A stretch of 64,000 bases of DNA from Gammaproteobacteria bacterium. GTDB lineage: Bacteria > Pseudomonadota > Gammaproteobacteria > JACCXJ01. The notes below the pieces were generated by a model. That model did no database searches. It saw only the letters and a program-made list of their open reading frames with translations, and had not been told where the DNA came from. The stretch covers positions 4,677 through 68,676 of the forward strand of contig JBOIDR010000006.1 in the NCBI GenBank assembly GCA_050740695.1, given 5' to 3'. A program made the translations under genes and the position numbers. Each line of letters opens with the position of its first letter. Within the stretch, counting starts at the first letter, position 1. Positions 12,738 to 22,550 of the stretch are shown here, piece after piece.

Positions 12738-14699
12738 TCAGCCCTCGATGCCGCCTGCGTCGCGGGTGCCCGGTGAGTGGGCCTCCCACCTGACGAACAG
12801 AATCGCTAAGGGCGGCAGGGTCAGCGACAGCGAATGGTATCGCCCGTGGGCCGGCAGGGGGGACGCCTCGGCGCCCCCGAGATTGCCATACCCGCTGCCA
12901 CCATAGGAGCCGGCATCGCTGTTGAGCACCTCGCGCCAAAAGCCCGCGCGCGGCACGCCGATCCGGTAGTTCAGGCGCGGAACCGGCGTGAAATTGCACA
13001 CTACCAGCACCAGATCGTTCACGCCTTTTCCCTTTCGAAGGAAGCTGACGACGCACTGCTCCCAGTCGCTGAAATCGATCCATTCAAAGGTCTCCGGATG
13101 GAAATCGAGCTGCCAAAGCGCCGGCTCCGAGCGGTAGAAACGATTCAGATCCGCCACCCAGCCCTGGATCCCACGGTGGGCGGGCCGCTCCAACAGGTGC
13201 CAGGAGAGGCTCGCCTCGTGATTCCACTCCTCCCATTGCCCGAGCTCGCCGCCCATGAACAGGAGTTTCTTGCCCGGATGGGCGTACAGGTAACCCAGCA
13301 ATAAGCGCAGGTTGGCAAGCCTCTGGCAATCGTCTCCCGGCATCTTTCCGAGCAGGGAACCCTTGCCATACACCACCTCGTCGTGGGAGAGCGGCAGGAG
13401 GAAATTTTCGTGGAACGCGTACCAGATGCTAAAGTTGAGGTCGCCGTGGTGGTACTTTCGAAACAGAGGGTCGTTGGAGAAATACCGCAACGTATCGTGC
13501 ATCCAGCCCATGTTCCATTTCATGCCGAACCCAAGCCCCCCAAGACAGGTGGGACGAGAAACCAGGGGCCAGGCGGTCGACTCCTCGGCGATCGCCTGGG
13601 CATCGGGGTGCTGCCGATACACTGCGTCGTTGAGCGTCCGGATGAAACTTATCGCATCCAGGTCCTCCCGCCCGCCGAGCACGTTCGGGACCCATTCGCC
13701 GGGCTTGCGCCCGTAATCGAGGTAGAGCATGGAGGCCACCGCGTCCACGCGCAGTGCATCGATATGGTATTTATCGAGCCAGAAGAGGGCGCTGCTGATG
13801 AGGAAGGCGCGCACCTCGTGACGAGCATAGTTAAAGATGCAGCTGCCCCATTCCGGATGAAAGCCGCGCTTGGGATCGGCGTGCTCGTACAGGTACGTGC
13901 CGTCGAAATAGGCCAGTCCGTGCGCGTCGTTCGGAAAGTGGGATCCCACCCAATCGAGGATCACGCCAATGCCGTTCTGGTGTAGCCGGTCGACGAGATA
14001 CATGAAGTCCTCGGGGCTGCCGTACCGGGAGGTAGGAGCGAAGTATCCGGTGCATTGATAACCCCAGGATCCGTAGAAGGGATGCTCGGTGATGGGCAAG
14101 AATTCCACGTGCGTGAAGCCCATGGTCTTAATATAGTCGGTCAGCCGATCGGCCAGCTCCCGGTAATCGAGAGGGCGGTTTGCTTCCTCCGGGACCCGCC
14201 GCCAGGAGCCGAGATGGACCTCGTAGATGGCCATCGGCGCATCCAGGGCATTGGCCTTGTGCCGCGTCTCCATCCAGTACCGATCTCCCCATCCATAGTC
14301 GAGGCGCCACACGATGGAGGCCGTTTTGGGCGGGGCCTCCCAGCGCAGCGCGAAGGGATCACCCTTGTCGGCCACGTAGTCGTGGCATCGCGATCTAACG
14401 CGGTACTTGTAACGCTCACCATGGAGCTGAGCCGGGATCTGAGCTTCCCAGATCCCCGAGCCATCGCCTCGTACCGCCAGGGACTGCGCCCCGGGGTCCC
14501 ATCGATTAAAGTCCCCAATCACCGAGACCTCGCTCGCATTCGGGGCCCATAGGGCGAACTGCGTTGCCTCGCTCCCGTCGGCCCCGGCGACCACGTGCGC
14601 GCCTAGTTTGTCATAGAGTCGAAAGTGCGCGCCTTCCTTGAAGAGATAGACGTCGTGATCGGTGATAAGGCTCGTCCGCCGCTCATGGGCCGTCGTCAC
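12738..14699 (-). CDS. glgB: 1,4-alpha-glucan branching enzyme
   Basis: GlgB motifs are present ([45 protein letters not shown]). The GTG start overlaps the upstream stop codon (GTGA). Confidence 0.9.
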   Translation of the reverse strand: MTTAHERRTSLITDHDVYLFKEGAHFRLYDKLGAHVVAGADGSEATQFALWAPNASEVSVIGDFNRWDPGAQSLAVRGDGSGIWEAQIPAQLHGERYKYRVRSRCHDYVADKGDPFALRWEAPPKTASIVWRLDYGWGDRYWMETRHKANALDAPMAIYEVHLGSWRRVPEEANRPLDYRELADRLTDYIKTMGFTHVEFLPITEHPFYGSWGYQCTGYFAPTSRYGSPEDFMYLVDRLHQNGIGVILDWVGSHFPNDAHGLAYFDGTYLYEHADPKRGFHPEWGSCIFNYARHEVRAFLISSALFWLDKYHIDALRVDAVASMLYLDYGRKPGEWVPNVLGGREDLDAISFIRTLNDAVYRQHPDAQAIAEESTAWPLVSRPTCLGGLGFGMKWNMGWMHDTLRYFSNDPLFRKYHHGDLNFSIWYAFHENFLLPLSHDEVVYGKGSLLGKMPGDDCQRLANLRLLLGYLYAHPGKKLLFMGGELGQWEEWNHEASLSWHLLERPAHRGIQGWVADLNRFYRSEPALWQLDFHPETFEWIDFSDWEQCVVSFLRKGKGVNDLVLVVCNFTPVPRLNYRIGVPRAGFWREVLNSDAGSYGGSGYGNLGGAEASPLPAHGRYHSLSLTLPPLAILFVRWEAHSPGTRDAGGIEG

Positions 14700-14974
14700 G
14701 GTTGCCGCAAGCTACGGACATATCCGTATTCCTCGAGGTCGATACCGCAATTCTGATCGTGATCGAGCAGCGCGAACACCGCGCTCAGACCGGGTATCGC
14801 TTCGGCCTCCTGGGGATTGATATAGCCATCCTCGTCCTCGTCCGCCCCGGTAAACTCGGGTGGTAGTTTCAGCACCTCTTCGGGTGTCGAGGGCAGAGGC
14901 GCCCCGGCCGCCGAGGCCCCCGCCACCAAAGTCATTGTTCCTAGGGCTGTCGCCCATCTCGCTAACGTTTTCAT
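14696..14974 (-). CDS. Small secreted protein with two EF-hand loops
   Basis: Signal peptide [24 protein letters not shown]. The loop [12 protein letters not shown] is canonical and [12 protein letters not shown] is near-canonical. The stop codon overlaps the glgB GTG start. Confidence 0.7.
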   Translation of the reverse strand: MKTLARWATALGTMTLVAGASAAGAPLPSTPEEVLKLPPEFTGADEDEDGYINPQEAEAIPGLSAVFALLDHDQNCGIDLEEYGYVRSLRQP

Positions 14975-15225
14975 GGTGATCTCTTGCGCTCTGTCTACTA
15001 GGATGATACTCCTTAATTGCAGTAGCTGACGCGGTTCGTGCAGGTGTCGCCGGGAGCGTGGAGCCCAGGGCCGAGCCCCGCGGCCGCTCCCAGCCTTGAA
15101 CCATCAGGCCGACAAGGGCAGATGAGTCCCTTATAGGAGTGGTGGCTCAGGGGGTAGTCCCTTCTGCGCCGTGGAAGCAGAGGAAGATGGGCCCCTCTTC
15201 CTCTCTGAATTGTGGCGGACCGCCG

Positions 15226-15540
15226 TTACTTCAGGCGGATATCGTTCGTGACCGCCAGGACTCCGGGGACCCGGCTAGCCAGAGCCGCAGCCCGTTGCCG
15301 TTCCGCTTCCGTGGTAGCGAATCCGCTGAGCTGGACCTCTCCCTTGAAGGTCTCCACATTGATCGCAAGCCCACTGACCTGCGGGTCCTGGAGCAGGGTG
15401 GTCTTTACCTTGGTGCTCAGCGCCGTATCATCGAGGTACTCCCCGGTGCTTTCCTGTGTGGGAGTCCCCGCACACCCGCCGAGTAAGACGACGGCCAGCG
15501 CAGCAGCCATTAGCGGTTTGTGTTCTATTCGATGGTTCAT
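15226..15540 (-). CDS. BON-domain lipoprotein (OsmY-like)
   Basis: The ATG at 15540 is preceded by GAGAGGAGA. The lipobox is LLGGC. The BON pattern is present (DDTALSTKVKTTLL..VETFKGEVQLSGFATTEAERQRAAALASRVPGV). Confidence 0.8.
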   Translation of the reverse strand: MNHRIEHKPLMAAALAVVLLGGCAGTPTQESTGEYLDDTALSTKVKTTLLQDPQVSGLAINVETFKGEVQLSGFATTEAERQRAAALASRVPGVLAVTNDIRLK

Positions 15541-16253
15541 CGCAAATCTCCTCTCGGAATCACTCAAAAGTATCTTTCCTCCCGATGCACCTGTGTCATG
15601 GGAGCCTCTCTAGCCACGGTGGCAAACTTCGCAGCCGATTTCCTCGGCCGCACGGTGTACACACTGGCCACACCGCAGGGGCGGGCAATCCATATGCCGC
15701 ACCCCGCAATCCGGGAGTAAGCGACATGACTTCAGAGGGTTAAGACTAGGCCTGCCGGCAGGGGCGGCTGGTAACGGGGATAGGCGTCGGTAAGAAATAC
15801 CGACCAGCGGGAAGAGTTACAGCGAGGGCACGGCGCGGTAACCCACGACCGCAAGCGGTTTGTATACATGCGGCGCTTCGGTTCCAATGGGTTCTACGCC
15901 GCCTAGATGGACTTACGACCCCTTTCTATTTGGCGGCCAGGGATCGGTCGGATGCAGGCCGTGTAACCGTCGCGACCAGAATGGCGACGGGCCTCACCTG
16001 CTCAAAATAATCGGCCGCTTTAACGGCATGCTGCCTCTGCGCCATCCGGCGAGGGGCAATACGCATGAAAGCTTTCGGCAACGATGCGGCCACAAGCGAG
16101 GTATCGGCATTTTGTGCCCCGGCAAGTAAATCTTGCATGTAAATCCTACACGGCGACGCCAAGTACGTTCCACGTTGCGGGCTGAATCTCTTGCCTTTTT
16201 GCTAGGGCACATTTTCTGCCTTTTTTGCTTCACTGCCGCGTGACCGCCAAATC

Positions 16254-16787
16254 ATGACCATGAGCGTCCGATTGAACCACACGATCGTTGCCGCGCACCA
16301 CAAAGATACCGCGGCAATGTTTTTGACTGAGATCCTGGGCCTCCCACCGCCCTCGCTGCTCGGCCCGTTTGCGGTGGTGCGGGTGAGCGACGACACCTCG
16401 CTGGACTATATCGACGCCGACGGCGAGATCACGTCCCAGCACTACGCCTTCCTGGTGAGCGAGATCGAATTCGACGAGATCTTCGAGCGGATCCGTGAAC
16501 GGCGCCTTTCGTACTGGGCCGATCCCGGCCGCCACGAGCGCGATCGGATCAACACCTGGGACGGTGGGCGCGGGCTCTACTTCGACGATCCGAACGGCCA
16601 CCTGCTGGAGATCATCACCCGTCCGTACGGCAGCGGTGGTACGACGGCATCCCGACCTCACCCCTTGGTCGCACCGACACTGGGTCCCGAAGATCACGAG
16701 GGTCGCTCTCGTCATCAAGGGAAGAACGGTGGGGACAGCCTCGCCGCTACGGAGCCACCCGACGCGGGACGAGTAGCAAGCAAGTAA
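16254..16787 (+). CDS. VOC (glyoxalase/bleomycin-resistance/dioxygenase) family protein
   Basis: VRLNHTIVAAHHKD..SQHYAFLVSEIEFDEIFERIRERRLSYWADP..GGRGLYFDDPNGHLLEIITRPYG. The roughly 45-aa low-complexity C-terminal tail is beyond the usual domain end. Confidence 0.8.
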   Translation: MTMSVRLNHTIVAAHHKDTAAMFLTEILGLPPPSLLGPFAVVRVSDDTSLDYIDADGEITSQHYAFLVSEIEFDEIFERIRERRLSYWADPGRHERDRINTWDGGRGLYFDDPNGHLLEIITRPYGSGGTTASRPHPLVAPTLGPEDHEGRSRHQGKNGGDSLAATEPPDAGRVASK

Positions 16788-16799
16788 AGGAATTCGCGA

Positions 16800-18968
16800 T
16801 CATCGTTTCGATTTCCTCAAGCCCGGCATCACGTTCTCGTTCACGAGGCTCGCGATGATCCGTATCAGCTCCTCAGGCTCGACGGGCTTTGCCAGGTGCG
16901 TCTGGAACCCCGCGCGTAGCGCGCGTACCCGGTCCTTGGGTTGCGCATAGGCCGTGAGCGCGATCGCCGGGATCTGCTCGGACAGCGGTATCCGGTGCTC
17001 CTTCTCCAAGGCCCGGAGCCTGCCCATCACCGCATAACCGTCCAGCTCGGGCATCGCGATGTCGCAGACGAGCACGTGCGGCGGGGCGCTTTCGAGGGTC
17101 TCGGCGAGCAATGCGAGCGCCTCGCGTCCCGAGCCCGTGGCGCTCACCTCGGCCCCGTGGCGCGCCAGCACCGTGGCCAGGGCCTCGCGCGCATCCTCCT
17201 GATCGTCCACCACCAACAACCGCACACCGACGAGCGAGGGTGCCTCGGCCTGCTCGTCTATCTTCCGTCCTTCCCCTCCGGGCGTCGGCGAGACGGGCGG
17301 AGCCGGGAGGCGCACGGCGCGCACGGGTAGGTCAACGGTGAACGTCGTGCCCCGCCCAAGGCCCGGGCTCTCGACCCGGACGCTCCCCCCATGCAACTCG
17401 ACCAGCTCGCGCACCAGGGCCAGTCCCAGGCCCAGCCCACCATGTCGGCGCCTGCTCGAGGTGTCTGACTGGCGGAAGCGCTCGAAGATGAACGGGAGGA
17501 GCTCGGGATCGATCCCCGCACCCGTGTCGCTCACGTCGATCCGCACGTGCGGGTCCACGCGCTCGATGTGCAATTGGACACGGCCCCCGCGGGGCGTGAA
17601 CTTGATGGCATTGGAGAGCAGATTCCAGAGGACTTGCTGCAGGCGCCCGGCGTCACCCATGATGGGTCCCGCATACGCATCGATGAGCGTGTAGATCTCG
17701 ATCCCACGGGCCTCTGCGGCCGAGCGCACCACCTCCAGCGCCGTCTCGGCCACGGCCGCGGGTTCGAGGGCCCGGACCTCGAGCTGCAACTTGCCGCTGG
17801 CGATGCGGGCGGTGTCCAGGAGATCGCCGATCAGCCGCCGTTGCTGATCGACGCTGCGCTTGAGGAATCCGGTGGCTTTGGCGAGGGTCGCGGCATCCGG
17901 CTCGGGTGTGGTCTCCAGGATGTGCAACCAGGCGACCATCGCGTTCAAGGGCGTGCGTAGCTCGTGCGAGACCAAGGCCAGGAAGTCGTCTTTCGCGCGA
18001 TCGGCGGCCTCGGCGCGCTCGCGCAATCGTCGCTCCTCGGCATACAAGGCGTCACGCTCCATCTCGGCCTCCTTGCGCGCGGTGATGTCCCACGCCAGAC
18101 CGATGCCGTAGAGGGGCTGACCCTGCTCATCGCGGTAGACCCTGCCCCGGTCCGCAAGCCAGCGCACCGTTCCATCCGGCCGGATAATGCGATACTCGTG
18201 CACATAGTCCGTGTCCTCCCGGGTCGCGCGGGCCATGGTCTCCGCCACGCGCTCGCGATCGTCGGAATGGACGGCGCTCAAAAACTGTTCATAGTTGGCG
18301 AATGAGGATTCGGAGGGCAGACCGCACAGCTCCCCGAGCTGATCGCTATAGATCGCCATCCCGGTTTCAAAGTCGCGGTAGTGATAGCCCATCTGCGCGG
18401 TGGTCATGGCCAGGCGGAGCCGCTCCTGGCTCTCCTTGAGCCCTTCCTCGGCCTGGCGGGCCCTCTGCATCTCTGCCTGTAACGCCGCGTTCGCCTGCTT
18501 CAGCTCGGTGGTCCGTTCCTGCACCCGGCGCTCGAGAAGCTGGTTGAAATTCGCCAGTGCCTCACGGTCCCGCCTGCGCTCGAGGGTATAGCGGATGGCG
18601 CGCTCGAGGGCCGCGGCGTCGATCCGATCCTTCAGGAGGTAGTCGGCCGCGCCCGCCCGCATCGCCTCGATGTCGAGCTCGAAGGCGCTGTAGCCGGTCA
18701 GCACGATGAAAGGGGTCCCGAAGTTTTCGGCCGCCGCCCGGCGCAGGAGGTCGAGCCCGGTGCACTCGCCGAGCCGGTAGTCGAGCAGACACACGTCGTG
18801 CGTCCGGCGCGCCAGCGCGCTAAGACCGGCCTCATAGCTCTCCGCCCAGTCGAGCTCGATCCGATACCCAGGCACCTCGGCGAGCAGCTCGCGGGTGAGG
18901 CGGTAGTCGTCCTCGTCGTCCTCGACGAGCAGCACCCGGATCGGGAGCGCCTGCGCCTCACCCTGCAT
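16800..18968 (-). CDS. Hybrid sensor histidine kinase (REC-coiled coil-PAS-HisKA-HATPase-REC)
   Basis: N-terminal receiver (RVLLVEDDEDD..CLLDYRLG), a PAS region, the H-box FLALVSHELRTPLNAM, N/G boxes (LLSNAIKFT, DTGAGI, GGLGLGLALV) and a C-terminal receiver (LLVVDDQED..LVCDIAMPELDG). Confidence 0.9.
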   Translation of the reverse strand: MQGEAQALPIRVLLVEDDEDDYRLTRELLAEVPGYRIELDWAESYEAGLSALARRTHDVCLLDYRLGECTGLDLLRRAAAENFGTPFIVLTGYSAFELDIEAMRAGAADYLLKDRIDAAALERAIRYTLERRRDREALANFNQLLERRVQERTTELKQANAALQAEMQRARQAEEGLKESQERLRLAMTTAQMGYHYRDFETGMAIYSDQLGELCGLPSESSFANYEQFLSAVHSDDRERVAETMARATREDTDYVHEYRIIRPDGTVRWLADRGRVYRDEQGQPLYGIGLAWDITARKEAEMERDALYAEERRLRERAEAADRAKDDFLALVSHELRTPLNAMVAWLHILETTPEPDAATLAKATGFLKRSVDQQRRLIGDLLDTARIASGKLQLEVRALEPAAVAETALEVVRSAAEARGIEIYTLIDAYAGPIMGDAGRLQQVLWNLLSNAIKFTPRGGRVQLHIERVDPHVRIDVSDTGAGIDPELLPFIFERFRQSDTSSRRRHGGLGLGLALVRELVELHGGSVRVESPGLGRGTTFTVDLPVRAVRLPAPPVSPTPGGEGRKIDEQAEAPSLVGVRLLVVDDQEDAREALATVLARHGAEVSATGSGREALALLAETLESAPPHVLVCDIAMPELDGYAVMGRLRALEKEHRIPLSEQIPAIALTAYAQPKDRVRALRAGFQTHLAKPVEPEELIRIIASLVNENVMPGLRKSKR

Positions 18969-19419
18969 CCGGATCTCCCGGCAGCTCGACGATATCGAGC
19001 CAGTACCTCCCCAGGGTCTTGATGACCTTGACCAAGGCCTCGAAGGTCACGGGTTTCTGAATGTAGGAAGCCGCGCCGAGGTCATAGCTGCGGTAGATGT
19101 CCTCCTCCTCCTTAGAAGTGGTTAGGACGACGATGCGGATGCGCTTGAGATTCGGGTCCGCCTTGATCTCCTGGAGCGCCTCCCGCCCGTCCTTTTTGGG
19201 CATGTTGAGATCGAGGAGAATCAAGCCCGGCCGTGGCGCCGCCACGGGATCGCTGTATCGACCCTGGTGACGGAGATAATCCATCAACTCGACCCCGTCT
19301 TCGACGAAGCGCAGCTCGTTGTGCAGGCGGGCGTCGCTGAAGGCCTCCTGGGTCATCAGACGGTCGTCCTCATCGTCGTCGGCCATGAGTATCGTGACGG
19401 ATTTCCCTTGTCGTCTCAT
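18958..19419 (-). CDS. Single-domain response regulator (Rcp1-like receiver)
   Basis: ILMADDDEDDRLM..LILLDLNMPKKDGREAL..VVLTTSKEEEDI..GAASYIQKP. Its coding region overlaps both neighbouring genes. Confidence 0.9.
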   Translation of the reverse strand: MRRQGKSVTILMADDDEDDRLMTQEAFSDARLHNELRFVEDGVELMDYLRHQGRYSDPVAAPRPGLILLDLNMPKKDGREALQEIKADPNLKRIRIVVLTTSKEEEDIYRSYDLGAASYIQKPVTFEALVKVIKTLGRYWLDIVELPGDPDAG

Positions 19420-20933
19420 GTCGGGTTGCCCTCCTGTGTGAGCGCTAAGGTCACGATGAAGGTGGCCCCGTGCCCGGGGGCACTGTGCGCGCTTATGGTG
19501 CCGCCGTGACGCGTGACGATCTTGCGGCAGATCGCGAGCCCCATCCCCGTGCCCTCGTACTCATCGCGGCCATGGAGGCGCTGGAACAGATCGAAGATGC
19601 GCTCGCTGTAGACCTCCTCGAAGCCGATTCCGTTGTCCTGCACCTGGATCTCGCAGCGGCGCAGGCCGGGTGCGGAACCCTCGGCGAGCGGGTCGTCGGC
19701 GTCGAGCAGCCGGCCCTCGATCCGCACCACGGGCGGCTCACCCTCGCGATGGAACTTGAGCCCGTTGCCGATGAGGTTCTGCAGCAACTGGCGCATCTGT
19801 AGCGGTTCGGCCTCTATGGTGGGAAGCGCTCCGACCTCCACGCGACCCCCCGTCTCGTCTATACACCCCTCCAGATCGGAAACCACCTGTTGCGCAACCT
19901 CGGTGAGGTCGACCGTCACGAACGGCCGGGCCTTGGTCGTCACCCGCGAGAAGCTCAAGAGGTCGTTGATGAGTTGGCGCATGCGCACCGTGGCGGCGAG
20001 CATACGCGTGAGGTAATCGCGCCCCTGTTCGTCCAGGACCTGATCATACCTGGTCTTCAGCCGGCCGCCAAAGGCCTCGATCTTGCGGAGCGGCTCCTGG
20101 AGATCGTGGGAGGCGACCGTGGCGAAGTCCTGCAGCTCGCGGTTCGAAGCGTTCAGATCCGTCGTGCGGCGCGTGAGGATGGTGGCCATGGTGTGAAAGG
20201 CCTGGTCCACCTGGGCGATCTCGTCCTCGCCGCCGAGCGCTGGGAGCGGCACTTCACCCTCGGCCAGGCGCTGGGCGTTTTGCACCATGACGTCAAGGCG
20301 CCGGCTGATCCCCCGGCTGAAGACATAGGTCAGGCCCAGGCCGAGGAGGAGGCTCGCCACTGCCCCCGTGCCCAGCCACCAGTCCTCGTGCCGCCACCGC
20401 TCTTCCACCGCCACCTCGCGCGCCCCGTCCAGCTCGTGCTGCCGCTGCAAGAAAGTATCGATATCCTGGCCCAGGTCGTTGATGCGTTCGTGGCCGCTGC
20501 GCGCCTTGATCGCGGCGACCGCCTGCTCCGGTTTTCCGGCCTGCATGAAACCGTTGAGCTCGCCGAGGAAGCCGAGCAGCGCGCTCGCGTCGTCGGCGAT
20601 CCGGGTGACGCGCAAGCGTTGTCCCGGCTCGCGGACCCGGCGTTGTAACGCCGCGATCGTCTGGGGCAGGTACTCGCTGGCCTCCTCATAGGCCTGGGCG
20701 AAGGCAGGGTCACCGGTGATCACGAACCCGCGCATATCGTTATGGGCCTCGATCAGGAGGCGGTGGGCGCGCCCGACCTCGGCCACGATCTCTTTGGTAT
20801 CGGAGAGCCAGCGGTGATCCTCCTGTTCCTCCTCGCGGATGTGGAGGAAGAGGCCCATGAACGCCCATTGCGACAGCAAAGGGATCGCGATGAGGAGCAC
20901 CCCCTTCTTGAAAACGGACAGGTTGATGCCCAT
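19416..20933 (-). CDS. CHASE3-domain sensor histidine kinase
   Basis: An N-terminal TM segment is followed by a CHASE3-like periplasmic region, a second TM and HAMP. The H-box is FATVASHDLQEPLRKI and the ATPase boxes are NLIGNGLKFH, DNGIGF and GTGMGLAICRKIV. Confidence 0.85.
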   Translation of the reverse strand: MGINLSVFKKGVLLIAIPLLSQWAFMGLFLHIREEEQEDHRWLSDTKEIVAEVGRAHRLLIEAHNDMRGFVITGDPAFAQAYEEASEYLPQTIAALQRRVREPGQRLRVTRIADDASALLGFLGELNGFMQAGKPEQAVAAIKARSGHERINDLGQDIDTFLQRQHELDGAREVAVEERWRHEDWWLGTGAVASLLLGLGLTYVFSRGISRRLDVMVQNAQRLAEGEVPLPALGGEDEIAQVDQAFHTMATILTRRTTDLNASNRELQDFATVASHDLQEPLRKIEAFGGRLKTRYDQVLDEQGRDYLTRMLAATVRMRQLINDLLSFSRVTTKARPFVTVDLTEVAQQVVSDLEGCIDETGGRVEVGALPTIEAEPLQMRQLLQNLIGNGLKFHREGEPPVVRIEGRLLDADDPLAEGSAPGLRRCEIQVQDNGIGFEEVYSERIFDLFQRLHGRDEYEGTGMGLAICRKIVTRHGGTISAHSAPGHGATFIVTLALTQEGNPT

Positions 20934-21144
20934 CAGTCATCGGCTCGCTTGTCGGCGATGGGCCTCAGCGCCGCAACCGTCCATCGGGGTCATCGCAAGA
21001 GATCCACAATCCTCATGCCGCCGCATGGATACCATCGATCGACGCATGAAATCAAGCGAGGGGCGCGGTCCTTGCCTGTGCTCTATATATACTCACGTCA
21101 TTGCTTCCGATCTTCGTCTAACTTGCAGCAATCTACTGGAAGAG

Positions 21145-21274
21145 GTGTGTCAGGACCCAGCCGCTCTTATCGCCATCATTGCAGGCATTCTGATCCTCGT
21201 GCGTCCCGCCTTGTTGCATTACATCGTGGCCCTCTATACTCGTCATCATCGGGGTTCTGGGACTGATGCGCTAG
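21145..21274 (+). pseudogene. DUF3096-like small membrane protein gene with an apparent 1-nt insertion
   Basis: From the GTG at 21145 the frame reads ..PAALIAIIAGILILVRPALLHYIVALY. Dropping one base near 21238 continues LVIIGVLGLMR-stop (TAG at 21272-21274). That reconstitutes the DUF3096 pattern as I recall it (LIAGILIL..P.LLNYIVAIYLI.IG.LGL). Confidence 0.45.
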
Positions 21275-21514
21275 CGAAGCGCATCCGCTCCTCGAACCAA
21301 CTACCCGCACTATCCGCCCTGCAACATTTTCATGTGGACCGGTAAATATTGCTGATAGACCGCGTCCGAAGGTAGGGTAATCGCTCGAGCGCTCGGACGA
21401 TATCCTTAACATTATGAAGGGTAATCAAGCGATCCAACGGGATCCGGCACGTGCTTTGATTCGGATCGCGATACCGGGCTCGGCCCGGCCATCAACCAAG
21501 CTGAGGAGGTCCTT

Positions 21515-21796
21515 ATGAGCAACAAACCCATTTCGATTCCCGCGGTGCTATTGATGGCCGCTTCAGGCTGGATGGTCCCCCCGGCGCAAGCGCAGCAAGA
21601 GCAAACGCCCCTGCCGCTCCCGACTTTCGGAGAGGTTGACATCGACGGCAACGGATTCATCTCCACGGGTGAATCCGTCGTGGTGCCGGGTCTGCTTGAA
21701 GAGATGAGCAGTCTGGACAAAGACAGAGACGGCAAGATCGACATCACGGAGTATGCGGCCTTCCAGCCCCCGCAGGTCGATGCGAGCGGCTCGTAA
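21515..21796 (+). CDS. Small secreted protein with two canonical EF-hand loops
   Basis: GAGGAGG lies upstream of the ATG. The signal peptide ends ..PPAQA. The loops are DIDGNGFISTGE and DKDRDGKIDITE. Confidence 0.75.
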   Translation: MSNKPISIPAVLLMAASGWMVPPAQAQQEQTPLPLPTFGEVDIDGNGFISTGESVVVPGLLEEMSSLDKDRDGKIDITEYAAFQPPQVDASGS

Positions 21797-21833
21797 CCCG
21801 ATCCTTATAAATTTACAAGATGGAGAAGATGCG

Positions 21834-22010
21834 ATGAGCCAAAGATCCTATCAGCGACTGATCCCGCTGCTCCTGCCACTCGTGCTGGCAGCATGTGAAG
21901 ACCGGCAGCAAGAACCAGAAGGCACGTTGCCGTCCCTTGAGGGGCCGACCACGGATCCGACGGCGCCGGGCACGCCAACGCCGCCGCCAAGCCCTCCGTC
22001 GGATCAGTAA
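21834..22010 (+). CDS. Small Pro/Thr-rich lipoprotein
   Basis: The ATG at 21834 follows GGAGAAG. The lipobox is LVLAAC. A terminator follows the gene. Confidence 0.5.
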   Translation: MSQRSYQRLIPLLLPLVLAACEDRQQEPEGTLPSLEGPTTDPTAPGTPTPPPSPPSDQ

Positions 22011-22036
22011 AACGGGGGCGTCAATGACAAGGAGAG

Positions 22037-22077
22037 CGCCCGCCTGCTCGCCTCGAGACGAACGGGCGGGCGTTTTT
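22037..22077 (+). terminator. Rho-independent terminator
   Basis: An 8-bp GC stem (CGCCCGCC at 22037-22044 pairs with GGCGGGCG at 22065-22072) is followed by TTTTT. Confidence 0.6.
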
Positions 22078-22484
22078 AACCGCAGGATCGGATCGTCGAT
22101 CGTCGCACCCGTTAGCTAGCGGTCGCCTTTGCAAGGCTCGCCCGGATTTCTCACGAGCATTCTGCTGGGACCGCTAACCCCGCTCGGTCTGGCGGGCCCT
22201 AACCGCCCAGTCGGTCTTTCCCTTCATCCAGTTCGTCGAGTCGCTGTTCACGGGCGACCGTACGGGGCGGCCACGCGGTGACCTCTGGAGTTACGAAAGA
22301 AAAAATCGTCCGTAACGCTCAGAACCGCGGATCGGTCGCCTCGCCATGGGCCTGCTGTTCTTCGATCGCTCGCCTGTAAGACCTACAGGGGTACCGGTGA
22401 TTTCTTACCCACACCTCGTTACCGGGCCCTCCTCAGAGCGTGCAACTTACTGAGTATAAGGGATATCGACCCAGACACCCGGTA

Positions 22485-22499
22485 TGGCACGGATGTTGA
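22485..22499 (+). promoter_or_regulatory. Candidate sigma-54 (-24/-12) promoter
   Basis: TGGCAC-GGATG-TTGA, compared with the consensus TGGCAC-N5-TTGC(A/T). Spacing is exact and only the last base of the -12 element deviates. It lies about 50 nt upstream of the DUF2383 ATG. A CCTGTA-N5-TACAGG palindrome sits at 22373-22389, about 100 nt upstream. Confidence 0.5.
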
Positions 22500-22550
22500 C
22501 TATCGTCTCACGACCCCTCGCGTTTGGACCCGAGAGCAGGCGTCGGTGCA

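Noticed and set aside
15740-15925. Short identities to bacterial RNase P RNA as I recall the E. coli sequence (CGGCTGGTAAC, AACCCACGACC, CGGTAAGA, CCTAGATG)
   Set aside because: The universally conserved GGAAAGTCCGGGC and ACAGAA-CCGGCTTA regions are absent on both strands, and the matching segments are not in the RNase P order. This is not rnpB; at most it is a chance resemblance or a scrambled fragment. An Infernal scan would settle it.
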